From assembly GCA_036785375.1 (NCBI GenBank), contig JAWMAR010000401.1, forward strand, positions 1 through 64,000: DNA of 64,000 nt, in the 5' to 3' direction. Below the pieces are notes generated by a model that was not told where the DNA came from, did not search any database, and worked only from the letters and a program-made list of their open reading frames with translations. Numbering within the stretch: position 1 is the stretch's first letter; each line of letters opens with the position of its first letter. This stretch comes from Leucoraja ocellata. Its lineage: Eukaryota. This document shows positions 12,511 to 25,039 of the stretch, one piece after another. The translations under genes were made by a program, and so were the position numbers.

Positions 12511-13644
12511 AATGCTTTTCCTCCATGACTGAACAGAGGTAGTGGCAGATTCATATGCCTCTCTTGCTTTTCTATCCACCCACAACCACAAAATCTTGGG
12601 CAATGGGTTTTCTTCCTATTCCTGTAGCAATACCTTTGAAATCCACAGGATTTTCTCATTGCCATCTATTATTTTTCAACATTCTGCCACTTGGCAATGT
12701 GGGATCAAAACACAAATTCCAGTTGTACTCTGCCATATAGCTCGATATCAGATTTTCTTTGATAACAATTCTGCAAAGACACATTATAAGGATAAATTAT
12801 ACTTACTCCTGAACTATAAAGGATCATTGAATTATACATACACGTATTCGTTGGTAACAGAGAAATAGTTAGGTACAGCACAGGAACAAGCCTGTTGGCC
12901 CCCAATGACTGTGTTGAACAGAATGCTTAGATAAATTAATCGCATCTGCCTGCAAGTGATCCACATCCATTCACTGCATATCCTAACATTTAACAGCTAG
13001 ACAGGTACATGGATAGGACAAGTTTGGAGGGATAGTGACCAAACGCAGGCAGGTGGGATTAGTGTAGCTAGGACATGTTGGCTGGTGTGGACAAGTTGGG
13101 TCGAAGGGCTGTTTCCACACTGTATCACTCTATGACTCTAATTGCTACCATTGCAATTTGATTTTAGTTGATTGACAACTCTACAGCCACACTGCTTAAG
13201 CATGAATGAACATCAAAGTTGCTTGAAATAGCTTTTATTTGTTTAATCCAGCCTTGTCGAAGCAAAAGTTTAATTAAAAAAATTGATACTAGGATTTAAA
13301 AATGTTGGGAGCTTCCATTATGATGAGCTTAAAGGAGCTGTTTAATGTATCTTTTGAAGGTACGTAATTCATCTAAACTGTTGATCTATTTTTGTTTTGG
13401 TATAATCTCCTTAACAAAATTAGTGGCTTTGCGAGAGCTGGAGATTCTGTCAGCATGGTGCTTTTCCATGGGTTTAAAGAGATTATGAATAAATGGAACT
13501 ATTCATTATTATTCTTCATTTAAGTAGAGGAAAACCATGACAACATTGTGGTACATTATCCCAGTTATCATCCAGTGTGCAGGGGGGGGGGGGGGGGGGG
13601 GTTAGGCACCACTGATTCACTTGAGAATGATTCATGATCTCGAG

Positions 13645-13987
13645 CAGTGGTTCCCAACCTGGAGCTATGGCAAATTTCAGGGGGGCCACAGAAAACATTT
13701 GGGATTTAGGGGGCCACAGGTTCAATGAAGGGGGCCACAGAGCTACCACCCCGTTGCCTCCTAAATTTCAGTTCTAATAAATTTAAATCGATGTAGTTGA
13801 AATATTTTTGATGTTTGTGGAATAGAATAAAAAACAATATATGTGCAACTAATAGACTGATATTTTTATGGAAGGTATTATAATATTGAAGTACTTTTTT
13901 TCCGCTGATAATGTCGGGGGGGGGGGGGCACAGAAAAATTAAAAGATCCCAAGGGGGCCATGAGCTAAAAAAGGTTGGGAACCACTG
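13645..13987. mobile_element. hAT (Charlie-like) MITE
   Basis: 16 bp TIRs CAGTGGTTCCCAACCT / AGGTTGGGAACCACTG; 8 bp TSD ATCTCGAG / ATTTAGAG. Confidence 0.85.
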
Positions 13988-14435
13988 ATTTAGAGCGTGT
14001 TTTCTCATCTCAAGTGGCTCCATGATTGTGTCAGGCTTGGGACTGGCTTTGGCTTTGACTTTGACCATTGAAAAAAATTAGAAAATGGGCTACCTTGCTA
14101 ACTCAAGGTATTTGTATATACAAAATTCATAGTCAATGTGCCATTGGGTTTGAAGAAAGGTCTTGACCCAAAACATCACCCATTCCTTCTCTCCAGAGAT
14201 GCTGCCTGTTCCGTTGAGTTATTCAAGCATTTTATGCCATTGGGGATCTTTTCATGAACTGTTACTTTATCCTTTCTCTGTGATTTAAAAAAATATATAT
14301 TTATTTTATTAGAAGCAATTGTTCAAAGAGAAAGTCATCGACATAACAGTTATACAATTTTTGTACTGCTTCAATTTTAACATTTTATAAACTAATAACT
14401 AAATCGGAAAAAAAGAAAAAGGAAAAAAGAGAAAA

Positions 14436-14795
14436 TCAAGTCAAGTCAAGTTTATTTGTCACATACACATACGAGATGTGCAGTGAAATGAAAGTGGCAA
14501 TGCTCGCGGACTTTTGTGCAAAAGACAAACAACAAAACAACCAAACAAATTATAAACACAATCATAACACACATATTCTTTTACATAATAAATAATGGAA
14601 GGAAAAACGTTCAGTAGAGTTAGTCCCTGGTGAGATAGGCGTTTACAGTCCGAATTGCCTCTGGGAAGAAACTCCTTCTCAACCTCTCCGTTCTCACCGC
14701 ATGGCAACGGAGGCGTTTGCCTGATCGTAGCAGCTGGAACAGTCTGTTGCAGGGGTGGAAGGGGTCTCCCATGATTTTATTTGCTCTGGAGTTAC
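14436..14795 (-). mobile_element. Rex1 LINE 3' fragment (same family as 8775-10322)
   Basis: (tcaag)n tail; FQLLRSGKRLRCHAVRTERLRRSFFPEAIRTVN. Confidence 0.85.
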
Positions 14796-15299
14796 AAAAT
14801 GTTGATAATAAAACGATTACTAAATGCTGCATTCACTTGGAAATTGATTAACTTCCATCAGACGTTTTAATTGCAGTGAGTGCAGTTTGTTACACAACAT
14901 GTCATTTATAAGATTATATAAACAAAAAGGCTTGTTTTCATCAATTGCACTTTTGGTAGAGGAACAAATGCTGAGCTCAAAGTGCTTATACATTTGGGAT
15001 AAAAATTCTTCAGAGAGCTGCCTGATCCATATCTATGGCCATACCCGTTCATGCCTGATTTTCCCTAGAAATGTGCTAAATACCAAACTTGAACCCAAAG
15101 ATTTCTTAACATCCAGGTTGTCAAGCAGGCTTTGTCGATTCTTAATCAGGAAACTTGCTCCTGATTTTCTGGTAAAAATATTCTTATCGTACTATACAAT
15201 GGGCAAATCCAGAAATTATATTCAGTGACGATGAACAAATAGCAATATATTTCTAAATTAAGATGGTGCCCAAATAGTATTAGGGAAGTTAGTGCATCA

Positions 15300-15825
15300 G
15301 AGAAACATAGAAACATAGAAAATAGGTGCAGGAGTAGGCCATTTGGCCCTTCGAGCAAGCACCACCATTCAATATGATCATGGCTGATCATCCAGAATCA
15401 GTACCCTGTTCCTGCTTTCTCTCCATATCCCTTGATTCCATTAGCCCTATGAGCTAAATCTAACTCAAGAGAGTACATCAAGTTAATTGGCCCCCACTGC
15501 CTTCTGTGGCATACAATTGCACAGATTCCTCATCTCAGTCCTTATGGTCTACCCTTATCCTAAAACTGTGACCACTGGATCTGGACTCCCCCAAAATGGG
15601 GACCATTTTTCCTGCATTTAGCCTGTTGAATCCCTTAAGAATTGTATATGTTTATGTAAGATCCCCTCTCATTCTTCAAAATTCCAGTGAATATAAGCCC
15701 AGTCAATCCATTCTTTCATCATATGTTAGTCCCACAATCCCAGGAATTAACCTGAACCTACGCTGCACTCCCTCAATAGCAAGAATGTCCTTCCTCAAAT
15801 TAGGAGACCAAATCTGCACACAATA
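15300..15825 (-). mobile_element. CR1 LINE 3' fragment
   Basis: (agaaacat)n tail; YCVQIWSPNLRKDILAIEGVQRRF. Confidence 0.85.
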
Positions 15826-16065
15826 AGCAAACCGGAGGACTGGGGGGGGGGGGGGGGGGGGGGTGGGTGGGAGGGGTTTAGAACGCAACAGAGAACAAAG
15901 GGGTTAATTAAAAGTTGGGGGAAATGAGCATGAATGAAAGCTTGCAGAAAACTGACTCTAAAATCTTCTTTAGATATGTAAAAAGGAAAGGTTTAGTGAA
16001 AACAAATGTAGGTCCCTTACAGTGAGATACAATAGACAATAGGTGCAAGAGTAGACCATTCGGCC

Positions 16066-17422
16066 ATATAACCATAAAACTATATAACAATTACAGCACG
16101 GAAACAGGCCATCTCGGCCCTACAAGTCCGTGCCGAACAACTTTTTTTCCCTTAGTCCCACCTGCCTGCACTCATACCATAACCCTCCATTCCCTTCTCA
16201 TCCATATGCCTATCCAATTTATTTTTAAATGATACCAACGAACCTGCCTCCACCACTTCCACTGTAAGCTCATTCCACACCGCTACCACTCTCTGAGTAA
16301 AGATGTTCCCCCTCATGTTACCCCTAAACTTCTGTCCCTTAATTCTGAAGTCATGTCCTCTTGTTTGAATCTTCCCTATTCTCAAAGGGAAAAGCTTGTC
16401 CACATCAACTCTGTCTATCCCTCTCATCATTTTAAAGTCCTCTATCAAGTCCCCTCTTAACCTTCTACGCTCCAGAGAATAAAGACCTAACTTATTCAAC
16501 CTATCTCTGTAACTTAGTTGTTGAAACCCAGGCAATATTCTAGTAAATCTCCTCTGTACTCTCTCTATTTTGTTGACATCCTTCCTATAATTGGGCGACC
16601 AAAATTGTACACCATACTCCAGATTTGGTCTCACCAATGCCTTGTACAATTTTAACATTACATCCCAGCTTCTATACTCAATGCTCTGATTTATAAAGGC
16701 TAGCATACCAAAAGCTTTCTTTACCACCCTATCTATATGAGATTCCACCTTCAAGGAACTATGCACGGTTATTCCCTCTGTTCAACTGTATTCTTCAATT
16801 CCCTACCATTTACCATGTACATCCTATTTTGATTTGTCCTGCTAAGGTGTAGCACCTCACATTTATCAGCATTAAACTCCATCTGCCATCTTTCAGCCCA
16901 TTTTTCCAAATGGCCTAAATCACTCTGTAGACTTTGGAAATCCTCTTCATTATCCACAACACCCCCTATCTTGGTATCATCTGCATACTTACTAATCCAA
17001 TTTACCACACCTTCATCCAGATCATTGATGTACATGACAAACAACAAAGGACCCAACACCGATCCCTGAGGCACCCCACTAGTCACCTGCCTCCAACTCC
17101 AAATGCATTTCGTTGTCTCTGTACTGTACACTGACAATGACAATTAAAATTGAATCTGAATCTGATAAACAGCCATCCACCATTACCCTCTGGCTTCTCC
17201 CATTCAGCCACTGTTGAATCCATCTTGCTATTCCTGCATTTATACCCAACAGTTGAACCTTCTTAACCAACCTTCCATGAGGAACCTTGTCAAAGGCCTT
17301 ACTAAAGTCCATATAGACAACATCCACTGCTTTACCCTCATCAATTTCCCTAGTAACCTCTTCAAAAAATTCAAGAAGATTAGTCAAACATGACCTTCCA
17401 GGCACAAATCCATGTTGACTGT
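16066..17422 (-). mobile_element. Young CR1 LINE, RT and 3' part
   Basis: QHGFVPGRSCLTNL, GVPQGSVLGP, YADD; near-identical to 27395-28900. Confidence 0.92.
17098..17163 (+). mobile_element. 66 bp LINE/SINE 3' tail inserted in the young CR1
   Basis: Absent from the sister copy; ends attaaaattgaatctgaatct. Confidence 0.7.
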
Positions 17423-17729
17423 GAGCCAGCAACGACATTCAATATGATCATGGCTGATCATCCACAATCAGTACCCCGTTCCTGCCTTCTCGCCATATCC
17501 CCTGACTCCACTATCTTCAAGAGCTCTATCTAACTCTCTCTTGGAAGCATCCAGATAATTGGCCTCCACTGCCAGAATTCCACAGATTCACAACACTCTG
17601 TGTGAAAAAGTTTTTCCTCATCTCCGTTCTAAACGACCTACCCCTAATTCTTAAACTGTGGCCCCTAGTTCTTGATTTCCTCAACATCGGGAACATTCCT
17701 GCCTCCCAATGTGTCCAATCCCTTAATAA

Positions 17730-17865
17730 CTTATAGTCTGAAGAAGGGTTTCAGCCCGAAACGTTGCCTATTTCCTTCGCTCCATAGATGCTGCTGCACC
17801 CGCAGAGTTTCTCCAGCTTTTTTGTGTAACCTTCGATTCTCCAGCATCTGCAGTTTCTTCTTAAA
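17730..17865 (+). mobile_element. 136 bp hammerhead-containing Penelope-derived insertion
   Basis: 10 bp TSD cccttaataa (17720-17729 / 17866-17875); core CTGAAGA-GGGTttcaGCCC-GAAAC-GTT at 17738-17765. Confidence 0.75.
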
Positions 17866-18192
17866 CCCTTAATAATCATATCTGTTTCAATAAGATCCGC
17901 TCATCCTTCTAAATTCTAGAGTATAGAAGCCCGGGAATTAATGTTGTGAACCTACCCTGCACTCCCTCAATAGCAAGAATGTCCTTCCTTAAATTTGGAG
18001 ACCAAAACTGCACACAATACTCCAGGTGTGGTCTCATGAGGGCCCTGTACAACTGCAGAAGGACGTCTTTGCTCCTATACTCAACTCCTCTTGCTATGAA
18101 GGCCAACATGCCATTAGCTTTCTTCACTGCCTGCTGTACCTGCATGCTTACTTTAGGTGAATTTATAATGGGAAAGAAGGATATGGCAGAAC

Positions 18193-18449
18193 AGGCAGAG
18201 GTTCACGTGCACCTCCTCCAACCTCATCTACTATATTCGCCGTTCCAGGTGTCAACTTCTCAACGTCGGCGAGACCAGGTGCAGACTCGGCGATCGTTTC
18301 GCTGAACACTTCCGCACAGTCCGTCGTAACCTACTTGATCTCTCGCCCAGCACTTCAACTCCTCATCCCATTCCCAATCTGACCTTTCTGTCCTGGGCCT
18401 CCTCCATTGTCAGAGTGAGGCCCAGCGTAAGTTGGAGGAACAGCACCTA
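18193..18449 (+). mobile_element. Penelope-like element GIY-YIG endonuclease remnant
   Basis: FTCTSSNLIYYIRRSRCQLLNVGETRCRLGDRFAEH...QHFNSSSHS...RKLEEQHL. Confidence 0.8.
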
Positions 18450-18469
18450 TTGCTTTTCCATTGACTAAA

Positions 18470-19088
18470 CTCAAAAGCTGTGATCAAGGACAGTCAAAAG
18501 CCCATAACTTTCTTAAAATTAAAAGAACTGAAAGAAATGTTCAGTTATTGTAGATTGAAGCATTCTGAAACAAATATAAAACAATCTTACTAGTGTTTAA
18601 TTCCCTAAATTAATGTTATTTAAATCATCTTGCGAGTGGGATTTTGGGGAACGCGGTCGTTTGGAACGTTGCGGTTCCAGTGAATTTGAACCCCATATCG
18701 GCGGGAAAAATACTGCCGGTTCGTATATTTACATAATCACATTTTCGCAACGTGAAAGTTTGATTAAAGGCATCCTAAGAAGCATGTTTATATGTAAAAA
18801 TAAATGGTGTAACTTGCTTTGTCCCCTACGCGAGATCCGTCCCGTTGTCGGCGTTCACGGCTTTAGAAGATGATTTTAATATTACTCCTGCTATTAAATT
18901 ATCCAGCGCTAATTTTAATAAACTTCATAAAACGGCAGTCGGAGCGATTTTTCTTCAGCAACTACTCAGCCTGACAAAGATCGATTTGAACAGGCTGGAG
19001 AAAAGCGGCATTTTAAACCCGCCTCCCCTCTCAAAGGCACCAGTGACAGAACAGCAGCGTCGCTGAAGGTAAGTTTTGTAACGTACCT
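18470..19088. mobile_element. Probable non-autonomous DNA-element fragment
   Basis: CpG-retaining non-coding block with an abrupt end (gttttgtaacgtacct); no second TIR identified. Confidence 0.3.
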
Positions 19089-19402
19089 ATCTATAATACA
19101 TATAGATGTGCGTCTGACCTAAAATATCACCTATCCATGTTCTCCAGAGATGCTGCCTGACCGGCTGAATTACTCCGGCACTTTATGTCCATTTGTGTAT
19201 TAACTGGCATCTGTAGTTCTTTATTTCTACATACTGTAGATGTGATCCTTTGCTCTGAGGCTGATTAAGGTGCAGATGCAAGTCTGCTATCTGGCAGACT
19301 AATGATAAAGATATGTATATTAATGAGACATGATAAAGTATTTAAAATCAGTAATAAGGGAACTCAGAATTATTTTGCATATGCATGTGTACACGCAAGC
19401 CT

Positions 19403-19602
19403 GCACATGTGGCTCTGTGTGCATGGATGTCTCTTTGTGCAGGTGTCTGTAGATAGTAGTTATGTACTGAGGAATGCACACTGACGCTGCAAATTTCCAA
19501 GCCTGATTATCCCCCTCTGCAATTGCTGGTCTCCTGAGTTCCCCTTAAAGAGTGTCAATACTGGTACGATAGCAGTCTGCATTTAAACCATCCTCCACTC
19601 AT
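19403..19602 (+). repeat. Donor of the 200 bp inverted copy at 27825-28024
   Basis: Reverse complement matches with about 5 mismatches. Confidence 0.9.
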
Positions 19603-19682
19603 GAGCTATCAATGAACACTTCATATACAGTATATTTAAAGCTCTCTGCATCATTGGAACTTAGGCCCACAGTTGCAGTTCG

Positions 19683-19858
19683 GTCAAGTAAGTTACAAAC
19701 CCACATGCCTTTGGGATGTTGGAGGAAACCGGAGCACCCTGAGGAAATCCACGCGGTCACAGGAAGAATGTGCAAACTCCACACAGACAGCACCTGAGAT
19801 CAGGATCCAACTTGGGTCTCTGGTGCTGTGAGGCAGCAGCTCTATCACTGTGCTGCCT
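19683..19858 (-). mobile_element. tRNA-derived SINE (HE1/V-SINE-like)
   Basis: Minus strand ggcagcacagtgatagagctgctgcctcacagcaccagagaccc A/B-box-like head plus ctccggtttcctcc core. Confidence 0.75.
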
Positions 19859-20329
19859 TAATCTTTGTTCTCTTTGTTGGGACATTATTGAATGTGCTTT
19901 ATTCTGCAAATAAACAGAGCCACAAATTGGAAGGTGCTCAGTTGTACAGCACTTGAGACCTCTTAACATAAATTTTAAACAGAAAAAAAAATTAAGGGTA
20001 ATTTGTAAGCATAGTTAACCATTAGGAAACATTATTCAGGCATACTGCTGATTTACTTTTAGGCAGGTGAGTATTTAAATTAGTTATTAAAATGCAAACT
20101 ACCTGACCTAGTTTCAGAATTCTCAGATAGCCAATGTTCCGGAGGATTTGCATCTAAACTTTCTATTTGAAAACTATTCTGAATCATGCTTTCCATCTCT
20201 GAAGCCAGTTATTTTCAGCAAAAAGACTTTGACTATCAGGTGACATTTACTTTCCTCGTATATTTCTTTGCCATTGATATTTTCACTGAGGCTGATGGAT
20301 GCACATAGAGTAAGAAATTAAAACAATTC

Positions 20330-20910
20330 AGGATGGAGGGGTCTACTTTCTGATTAACTGTGTGTGGTGCTCAGACTTGGAGGGCCCAGTGAGTTCCTGC
20401 CCCCTGTAAACTGGAATATGTTATGGTGAATTGTCGTTCCTACTACCTGCAATGTCAATTCACTTTAGCTTTCCGACAGCAGTCTACATCCCTCCCTAGG
20501 TTGATGCTGACGTTGCACTTGGAGGAACTGCACAATGACACCAATAGCCTTGAAACAAAGTACCCCAAGGCCTTATTCATAATAGACGGGGACTTTGGAA
20601 TAGATAGGGTGAATGCACGGGGTCTTTTTTCCCCACGGTAGAGCCAAGGACCACAAGACATAGGTTAAAGGTGAGAGAGGCAAGATTTAACACTAACCTG
20701 AGGAGATAGTTGAGGCAAGCACTATAACAGCATTTAAAGGGCACTTGGACAGGTACATGGATAGGAAAGGTTTAGAGTGGAGTCAGTGGATATGGGGAGA
20801 AGGCAGGAACGGGGTACTGATTGGGGATGATCACATTGTATGGTGGTGCTGGCTCGAAGGGTCGAATGGCCTACTCCTGCACCTATTGTCTATTGCCTAT
20901 TGTCTATTGA
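20330..20910 (+). mobile_element. LINE endonuclease fragment fused to a CR1 3' fragment
   Basis: CRSYYL...VYIPP...KYPKALFII.GDF, then CR1 3'UTR with (ctattg)n tail. Confidence 0.6.
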
Positions 20911-21349
20911 GTGATACAAGGCCAAATGGGATTAGCTTAAATGGGGCATCTTGGTTGGCATGGATGATCATCAGTTTGCTTTCCGGCTCTAGCACTACTA
21001 GTAATTAAAAAATACTTACTTTTAAAATGTTAGATTGTTTTAAGATCTTCTCAAAAAAAAATGCTAGGCTATGTTTAGAATTTCTACTGAGATGGAATGA
21101 GAAATTATATATAATTCAGTGCCAAAGAAATCTGCTTGGGACCAGATGTGTATTAGCATGATACTGTGTGTTTTCATCCACATTTCACCATAACACAAAA
21201 ATGTAGTCTCTAAGGGCATGGAAGGTGACTGGATTTGTTGTATCTTTCAATCTAGGAGTCGTCATTGCTCAAAGTCAAATTGCCTCTCAAGGTCTACTGT
21301 TCTTTCAAAATACACCATTATAAACCAGAATCCCTGATTTCAAAACATC

Positions 21350-21545
21350 AACTGCAATTGTGGGCCTAAGTTCCAATGATTCAGAGAGCTTTAAATATAT
21401 AGGAAGTGTTCATGGGCAGCTCATGAGTGGAGGATGTTTTAAATGCTGCCTGCTGTCATACCAGCATTGACACTCTGATAACAATGTAAGGGGAACACAG
21501 AAGACCAGCAATTGCGTAGGGGTATAATCGATCTTGGAAAGTTAC
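21350..21545 (+). repeat. Diverged inverted copy of 19490-19680
   Basis: tgtgggcctaagttccaatgat...gagctttaaatata...atgagtggaggatg...gaccagcaattgc. Confidence 0.8.
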
Positions 21546-22479
21546 AGTGGCTTGGAGCTGCTTGGCTATTGTACGCTTCCTATTTTAAATGCAAGCGCCA
21601 GAAGCTGTAAAGGCTGACAATAAGGGTACAGAAGATCTAAAACCTAATATCGTTCTGGGGGAATAAGAAGGGTGAAAATATAAGCATATAAAGTGAAACT
21701 GGCCCAATCAAAAACATTATTACCATGGTAGAAGATACATCAGGAATACTGTATGGAAGCTGCCATTGGTATAGGTTTATTATTGTCACATGTACTGAGA
21801 TGCAGTGAAGAGCTTTGTTTACATGCTATCCAGTCAAATCATATTATACTTAAGTACAACCAAGCCATACACAAGTACAACAGGGCATTGAGAAAAATGC
21901 CAGAGTGCAGAATAGTGTTACAGGATTCTAGCGTTACAGTTACTGAGAAAGTGCTGATAAACAAAAATTAATGGTCCACAATGAGGTTGGTTGGAAGATC
22001 GAACATCATTCCAGTTTATGGGAGAATCGTTCAGTAATCTAATATAACAGGAAAGAAGCTATTGTCTTCTGACTTTGTCTGAGAAACTAAGAGGAATGGG
22101 ATAGAATTGGAAAAGGTTGGATAAGAAATTAGAGTCATTGTGCTGTGCTGGTTTTCTTTTTTATCCGTGTAGAAATGCCTTAAATCTGTAGATTGCAATA
22201 ATGAAGTTTCATAATTATTTGTCTGAGGGTTCAACCCAAACAAGAGATGAGAAGTAAACACCACATCTGTCAGCACCTAAAGGAAAAAAAAACTGACTGA
22301 TATCCTTGGCAGAAATAAGGGACAATGAAACTGGTTAAGAAATGTTGGGAGAAAAAAAGGATCAATGCAGTTAAAGTGAATAAAAGTGCAAAAGAAAGAT
22401 TCTAAGAGAAAATAAGAGAACAAAAGTGTGTGATTGCAAGATGTTTCATTTTGGGAAGTCAGGAACTTCACAGTGAATG

Positions 22480-22995
22480 GTCATTAAGGAAGGATGTCAT
22501 TAAGCTGGAAATGGTGCAGATAAGATTTATGAAGATGTTTGCAGGACCTGAGGGCCTGAGCCATAGAGAGAGGTTGGGCAGGCTAAGACTTTATTCCTTG
22601 AAGCACAGGAGACTGAGGTAATCATACGGGTGTACAAAAGCATGAAATAAATACCGTAGATAGGGTCAATGCACAGAGTCTTTTGCCCAGAGTTGGGGAA
22701 TCAAAAACAAGAAGCCATATGTTTAAGGGGAGAGGGACAGATTTAATACAAACCTGAAAGGCTACTTTATCACTCAGACAATGTTGAGTATATGAAATGA
22801 CTTTCCAGAGGAGGTAGTTGAGGCAGATGTTATAACAGCATTTAAAAAACACTGGATAAGTACATGAATAGGAAAGGTTCAGTGGCATGGGCCAAACGCA
22901 GGAAAATGGGACAAGTTTAGATGGGGGAAACTTGGTTGGCACGGATGAGTTGGGCCGAAGGGCTTGTTTCCATGCTGTCTGACGTTATGACTCTA
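22480..22995 (+). mobile_element. CR1 LINE 3' fragment (old)
   Basis: RKDVIKLEMVQ...RLGRLRLYSL plus CR1 3'UTR. Confidence 0.75.
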
Positions 22996-23847
22996 AGACA
23001 GAATTAAAATAAGTCTCTGCACACTGGCTCAGGAATTTGTTGTCACAGCAATCGACATTCCAATATGGACAATGGCATCTGTTAGTACATTCCTTGCCTG
23101 GTGCCCCATGTCTTACATAAAATTATCCTTAAAGGGATCTGGTGAGCACAAATTAGCATTTTTCCCATACAAGAAGCAAATAATTAAAATTTGGTGTGAT
23201 TGCGGCTCTCTGGTCGTCATTACCTGTCAATGAAATCTCAGCCACGGAGCTTTGGAGGATGTAACACCATACATTCTCAGCTTGCATTGGTGCCAGGAGA
23301 AACTATATCCAACAGGTATAATATTTTAATATTTTTAACCTTTGATTATGTTCTTTCTGTACTGGAATCTCCAAGTGGAGGATGAATGAGATGTTTATGT
23401 ATCAAAGTGGCAATTACCCCAGTCTTTTTAATCATTGATCAATATTGAAAGCCATTTGTTCAGTATCTAAATGAACAGTGACCTCTGCTGGTAATAGTTC
23501 TGTGCCTATATCAGCAAATATATGTTTAGCACATACAGGAAATGCAATGAAGATAAATCTAATTACTTATGATGTTTGACCATTTACCAGGGTCCAGTAT
23601 TTATCTATTATTATGGAGATACTGCTGTACATTGTTTTGTTTCCAATTTAAATTATTGACCACCTGCTGAAATGTTTTTATCAAGAAATTAACCAACTAT
23701 TTTGAATTAAAAATATATTTACTATGATTACTATTTCATATAATAGTAGTATTTTAATAAATGTCGATTAAACCTGGTCCTGTTTCAAAATACCTTGTTG
23801 CAGCCATGAAAATGTAATGTGACATTGACAACAAAGGATTGTAATAT

Positions 23848-24230
23848 TGATATTACTAAAAGTCTGATGTTGACCACTTCCTGTATATTGATTTAAAATA
23901 AACGCTGCCACTTACGACTGTGATTTTTGGCCATCTTACTCAGAGTCTCCCTCCGCTGTGCAGGACAAGAGGATTTTTTCCATCTTGAAAAGTAAAAGAG
24001 TTTTTAGTGTTTAAAAAATGTTGAGATTCTCTCTCCTGAAGGCTGCGCCCCTTCCGGAGGGATTATAAAAAGAGAGAGGGAGAGAGAGATTTTTTTTGGC
24101 ATTTCAGCCTCGTTTCCATTCGGTTCTTTGGCTTCGACCTCGTCCGTCGGCGCCACGTCCGGGTACCCATAAAAACTGAGTCCGCGCCGACCAGTGGGCT
24201 CCACCACTTCCTTTCTTCTACCCGTGCCCC
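23848..24230 (+). mobile_element. Truncated non-autonomous Helitron
   Basis: Shares tattactaaaagtctg, tttttggcca..tt.ctcagag and gagga.ttttcc blocks with the element at 48189. Confidence 0.6.
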
Positions 24231-24803
24231 CCCCCCCACCCTCACATCAGTCTTAAGAAGGTTTTAGACCCGAAACATTGCCTTTTTCCTTCGCTCCATA
24301 GATGCTGCCTCACCCGCTGAGTTTCTCCAGCATTTTTGTCTACCTTCGATTTTCCAGCATCTGCAGTTCCTTCTTAAGCAATGAAATGATTGGAGTGTTG
24401 AAAATCTCATCTTATACATGAATGCCCCTTAGACAAAGAACTGGGACTGGAATGCTTGTGATTCCAAGACCTTGACTCAGAACTACTCACTGAAATGACC
24501 CAGTGTGCCATTCGATGCAGGAACCATTAAGGATATTGAATGTGAAGTCTTGTTCAGTGAAGCTCACATTTTGCAGAAAGTCACATGCCCATGCACATGC
24601 AATATTTAAAATATTGCAGAGTTACTATTCACCATGATGCCTCTGACATAGAATGGATGATTTAAAGGTCAAAATGACAACTAATAAACATTATCAAACA
24701 AGATCCACTGGTCTCTAACATGGTATTATTGAGTTCATTGAGTTTGGCCAATGTTGAAGAGCCATGATTTCACCATTTGCTTTCTTTCCTTTCAGTTGTT
24801 GCT

Positions 24804-24827
24804 ATGAGACGACCCAGAAATGACTGA
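24804..24827 (+). other. Overlapping upstream ORF (MRRPRND*) in PKIB
   Basis: gctATGagacgacccagaaATGacTGA: ATG 16 nt upstream of the main ATG, out of frame, stop inside the main ORF. Confidence 0.7.
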
Positions 24828-24967
24828 TGTTGAGCCTGTAGTCACAGATTTTGTCTCATCGGGACGGACCGGCCGCAGAAATGCTTTGCCTGACATCTTG
24901 GGCGCTCCAACAGAAGCCAGTTCATCTGATTTACCACAGAAACTCACAGAGCTCTCCCTGAACACAG
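24820..24967 (+). CDS. PKIB: cAMP-dependent protein kinase inhibitor beta, first coding exon (exon starts at 24796 after tttcctttcag)
   Basis: Translates MTDVEPVVTDFVSSGRTGRRNALPDILGAPTEASSSDLPQKLTELSLNT: PKI pseudosubstrate GRTGRRNA and leucine-rich NES LPQKLTELSL; donor G|GTGGGT at 24967/8 (phase 1); lies directly upstream of FABP7 as PKIB does in mammals. Confidence 0.93.
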
Positions 24968-25039
24968 GTGGGTATTTGGTATAAAATCCTGACATTGTTA
25001 CACTAACCAAACAAAAGGGGGATGTTCATGTAATTACCT

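Larger units (their letters stand above)
16030..18153 (-). mobile_element. CR1 LINE (older) carrying nested insertions
   Basis: (caataga)n tail; 3'UTR split at cattcggcc|16066...17422|gagccagc; QVQQAVKKANGMLAF ORF. Confidence 0.8.
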
